The position numbers and the translations under genes were made by a program. Positions 61,041 to 64,000 of a stretch of 64,000 nt of DNA are shown here, one piece after another. Each line of letters starts with the position of its first letter. The first letter of the stretch is position 1. This stretch comes from Lepidodermella squamata (taxonomy: Eukaryota; Animalia; Gastrotricha). The notes beneath the pieces were generated by a model, which was given only the letters and a program-made list of their open reading frames with translations, did not search any database and was not told the DNA's origin. The stretch is from assembly GCA_047495785.1 (NCBI GenBank), contig JBLDXI010000019.1:2232001-2296000 (forward strand), written 5' to 3'.

Positions 61041-64000
61041 ATGTTTGAAAGTGCGGCGGGTGGTAACAATCTTCAAACGGCGGCGGCGAATAATAGCAGC
61101 CAGCAGGCGGGCGTGAAGAAAATTGCGCTGTGGAAGCAGCCGCATCGCGATCGGCGCATATTAGCGCGAACTGCGTCGCATCAAACCGCCGCCGCTGCGG
61201 CGACAACGACAACGACGGCTAACGGCTCGAATATGGTGTACAATTGCGACGTTTGCGGCAAGGCGTTCGGTTACTTGTTTTCGATGAAGAAACACCGTGA
61301 GAAACACGCGCCTTTCATATCGGGCGGATCTTTCCAGGTTTGCAATTTCCAAATTTAATCGAATCAACTTCAAATTTGGCTATTTTTGAATCTAAAAAAA
61401 ATTCGGGATTTCGAAAAATTTTCATACAAAATTGTAGACGTAATCGCCTGTTTGGAAACTTTGCTCCGAACCAATTGTCATTTTTGAATAATTTGTTAAG
61501 CAGCAATGATCGAATTACTGAATCAATCTACAAAATTGTGTTCCTATTTCTAAGGTTGAAATGGAATTTTATTTTGTGGAAATTGAACTTGAATTATTTG
61601 GTCGAAATGTTTACTTAATTTTCGCATTTTTAAGCAGTTATTCTGAGAAAATGTTTAGCGTATCTATGAGGCCTCGAGGTCTAAAACCATTTGACGTATA
61701 GGTGTACGCCGTACAGGACCGATTTTTTGCCTGAAAACAATGCCAAAAGATAATGAGGCCAAATTTCCATTTTCGTGCAGTCACTTGTTGATTTTGTATT
61801 ATAAGCGATTTTTAAACGAAGAACTTCCCACAATTTATTTTTGTAGGCGCATGTTTCTGATATGATAATTCAAAATTTTAAAAATAACGGACACATTTCA
61901 AATAAGTCGAGTCACTGTTCAGCATTTAAAAATCTAATTAAAAGAAATCTAGAAAAAATGTAGGATAATCTTTGAGAGAGAGAGGGAGAGAGAAAGCCGT
62001 TTGAAGCCATTTCTAGGCGTCAAATCCCAGTGCTCGACTGGTCTTGGTCGAGTCGAATGACCGGCTCAATAATCAATAATCTGGGGATGTGGTAATGAGA
62101 CCAATCTCTTTTCCATCCGCTTCGCCACAATTTTCGGGTCGAAGGTCAGAGTCAGAATGAGTGTTTTGTTAGTATGAAGCGCTGGGCAGTTTTTAACGCG
62201 ATTGATTTTGTCTTTCAATTTCCGACGTTTCAGTGCGACTTGCGCCATCATCAGGGATAGATGTCAGGTAGAGTCTGGTAGCGTAAGCTTTAGAGCAATT
62301 TTCGACGTTCGACTGAGGATTAATAACGAACGGAGAAAATGAATATCAAGATATTCAACTGCCGAGCGATGTTCGACACTCCGTCCAAGTTGGATTGATT
62401 TTTTGACGACCCGCCGCATCTTTCTAAGCTGATTATGGCATTCTTCGTTGTCGTCGAAGTTCATCTTTGCTGCCAAAGCATATCGCATGTTATTTTGCTG
62501 GAGGAAGCGGATTGTTTCGGCTGCGTTTTTCGAGGTCAGAACCAAGCTGCGATGGGTTTGCCACGACAGCGTAACTTGTTTTTTACGCGATTGTCTTCTT
62601 TGATCGTGATAGTCAAGGCAATAGATGTCAAGTCAAGATGTGTTCAAGGCAATAGAGTCGTAGATCGTCGAGAGAGTTGTAATAGTACAAATGACGATAT
62701 TTCTCTTCATTTGATGCTCGATGTAATACGATCCATTAAGGCAGTCGAACCAAATGTTCATGACGTATCACATGAAGGCGGTCGTGTAAACCTCCATAAT
62801 TTGATCGGCGTTGCTCAGAGAACAGTGTTAGTGCGCGAAAGTATTTCGGCAATGCACCGCAGAATCAGAAAATTAACTTTTCATACCTAGCAAGGGTAAA
62901 AAATGAATAATAAATAATTTTACTATCACGTAACAATAGCGGGAATAAGGGAATCATTTCAAGATTGAGAACTTCAATAAGCCAGGCTCCGACATGTTTC
63001 GGCTTTTTTGGGCCATCTGCAGGGTCTAACAACAAAATTTGAAAAAATCGACTTTCTGTTCCAATGCTTATAATTGAAATTTTTCAAATTTTCACTCGAT
63101 TTTCGCTGTCCTCATATAATATAATCACAAGCTTATTCCGATTAAAAGTTCGAATTTGTGCTCTTTTAGGCCATTTTCTTAGATATTTTTTCTCAATTTT
63201 ATTAACGTTTATTGATTTTATTTTTTAGCCGTCATTTGCGGGCGAAGAGCATCATCTATGCGTTCAATGTAACCGGCTGTTCAGTTGCTACGCGAGTTTG
63301 AAGCGTCATCAACTCACAACCCACACTGAAAACGGTAGTTTTCTATTTCATTTTCAGAATTATTCTAAAATATTCAACATTCGCCCGTTTATTTTCAAGT
63401 CGATATCAATTCTGGCCTTTCTCTTCCCCAGGTCCGGTATTTCATTGCCCCTATTGTCCTTATTCGAACCCATTTTCCTGGCAAGTCAAGCGTCACATCT
63501 ACAAACGCCACGGTCATGAAGAAAGTTATTTTTGTACAAACTGCAAGAAATTTTTCCGAACGGACGCCGAACGCGAGCGCCACGCGTGTTCTTCAACTTC
63601 GAATAGCAACAACCGCTACAAAGCAATGTTACCTATGCCGGCTTCGAACAACCACCAAAACTCATCAGCGAATCACAACGAAGATGAGCCGATTTCCTTC
63701 GCTGGCTACGAAGATCATGACGAAGATTCCGAGTTGATTTCAGTCGACGATGACCGCGATGTGAACGTTGCTAATAGCAGCAGTAATAATAACAACAATC
63801 TGAACGCAGACTCGCGATCTCTAGCCGAGGACGATCAATCGAGAAGTGTTGCAGCTACCTCAGCAAATGGCGACACGCCGTGCATATGCTCGGAATGCGG
63901 CACGTGCCTGCCGTGTTTCGATTCGATGGTCAAGCACCAAGCTACTCATCACCCGCGAAAAGACGGCTCGTTAAATCTTCGAAAATCTTCGCCGAAAGAA
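61041..64000 (+). CDS. C2H2 zinc-finger protein (3'-partial)
   Basis: YNCDVCGKAF.....MKKH..KH; exon near 63229 CVQCNRLF....LKRHQLTTH; exon from ~63432 CPYCPY...KRHIYKRH, CTNCKKFF, CSECG...KHQATHH; open to the window end. Confidence 0.85.
62222..62256 (-). ncRNA. Minimal type I hammerhead ribozyme motif, intact core
   Basis: Minus strand CC-CTGATGA-T-GGCGC(aagtc)GCACT-GAAACGTC-GG; stem II has one mismatch. Confidence 0.65.
62989..63024 (-). ncRNA. Minimal hammerhead ribozyme motif with a core mutation (CUGCAGA)
   Basis: Minus strand CC-CTGCAGA-T-GGC(ccaaaaaa)GCC-GAAACATGTC-GG. Confidence 0.55.

Overview
Gene-dense eukaryotic (metazoan-type) genomic DNA in the standard code. Most spliceosomal introns are 50-60 nt; a few are 1-2.7 kb and filled with TE debris. 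About 25 protein-coding genes can be reconstructed: CHST-type sulfotransferase, an orphan, an MS4A/CD20-like protein, three tandem Prdx6, CALML4-like, CYB5R, SLC39A7/ZIP7, two NUDT2, CCDC174, POLR3B, a nested GPCR, RPL31, ZNF593/BUD20, RECQL, NUP93, TRIQK, COX15, a CaaX orphan, RABEPK, TENT5/FAM46, MND1 and a C2H2 zinc-finger gene. The most striking structure is operon-like. Co-oriented genes are separated by only 4-51 nt, and nearly every ATG has a 3' splice acceptor shortly upstream, which suggests polycistronic transcription resolved by SL trans-splicing. Other highlights: a same-strand GPCR inside a POLR3B intron with its poly(A) signal next to the host acceptor; three minimal hammerhead-ribozyme motifs of the Penelope-associated type; hairpin-rich non-coding regions ahead of two putative operons; decaying coiled-coil gene units in the CALML4 intron; partial duplicates of CCDC174; and several nested TIR elements. 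Gene names come from remembered motif similarity, not database searches. The taxon is not determined.
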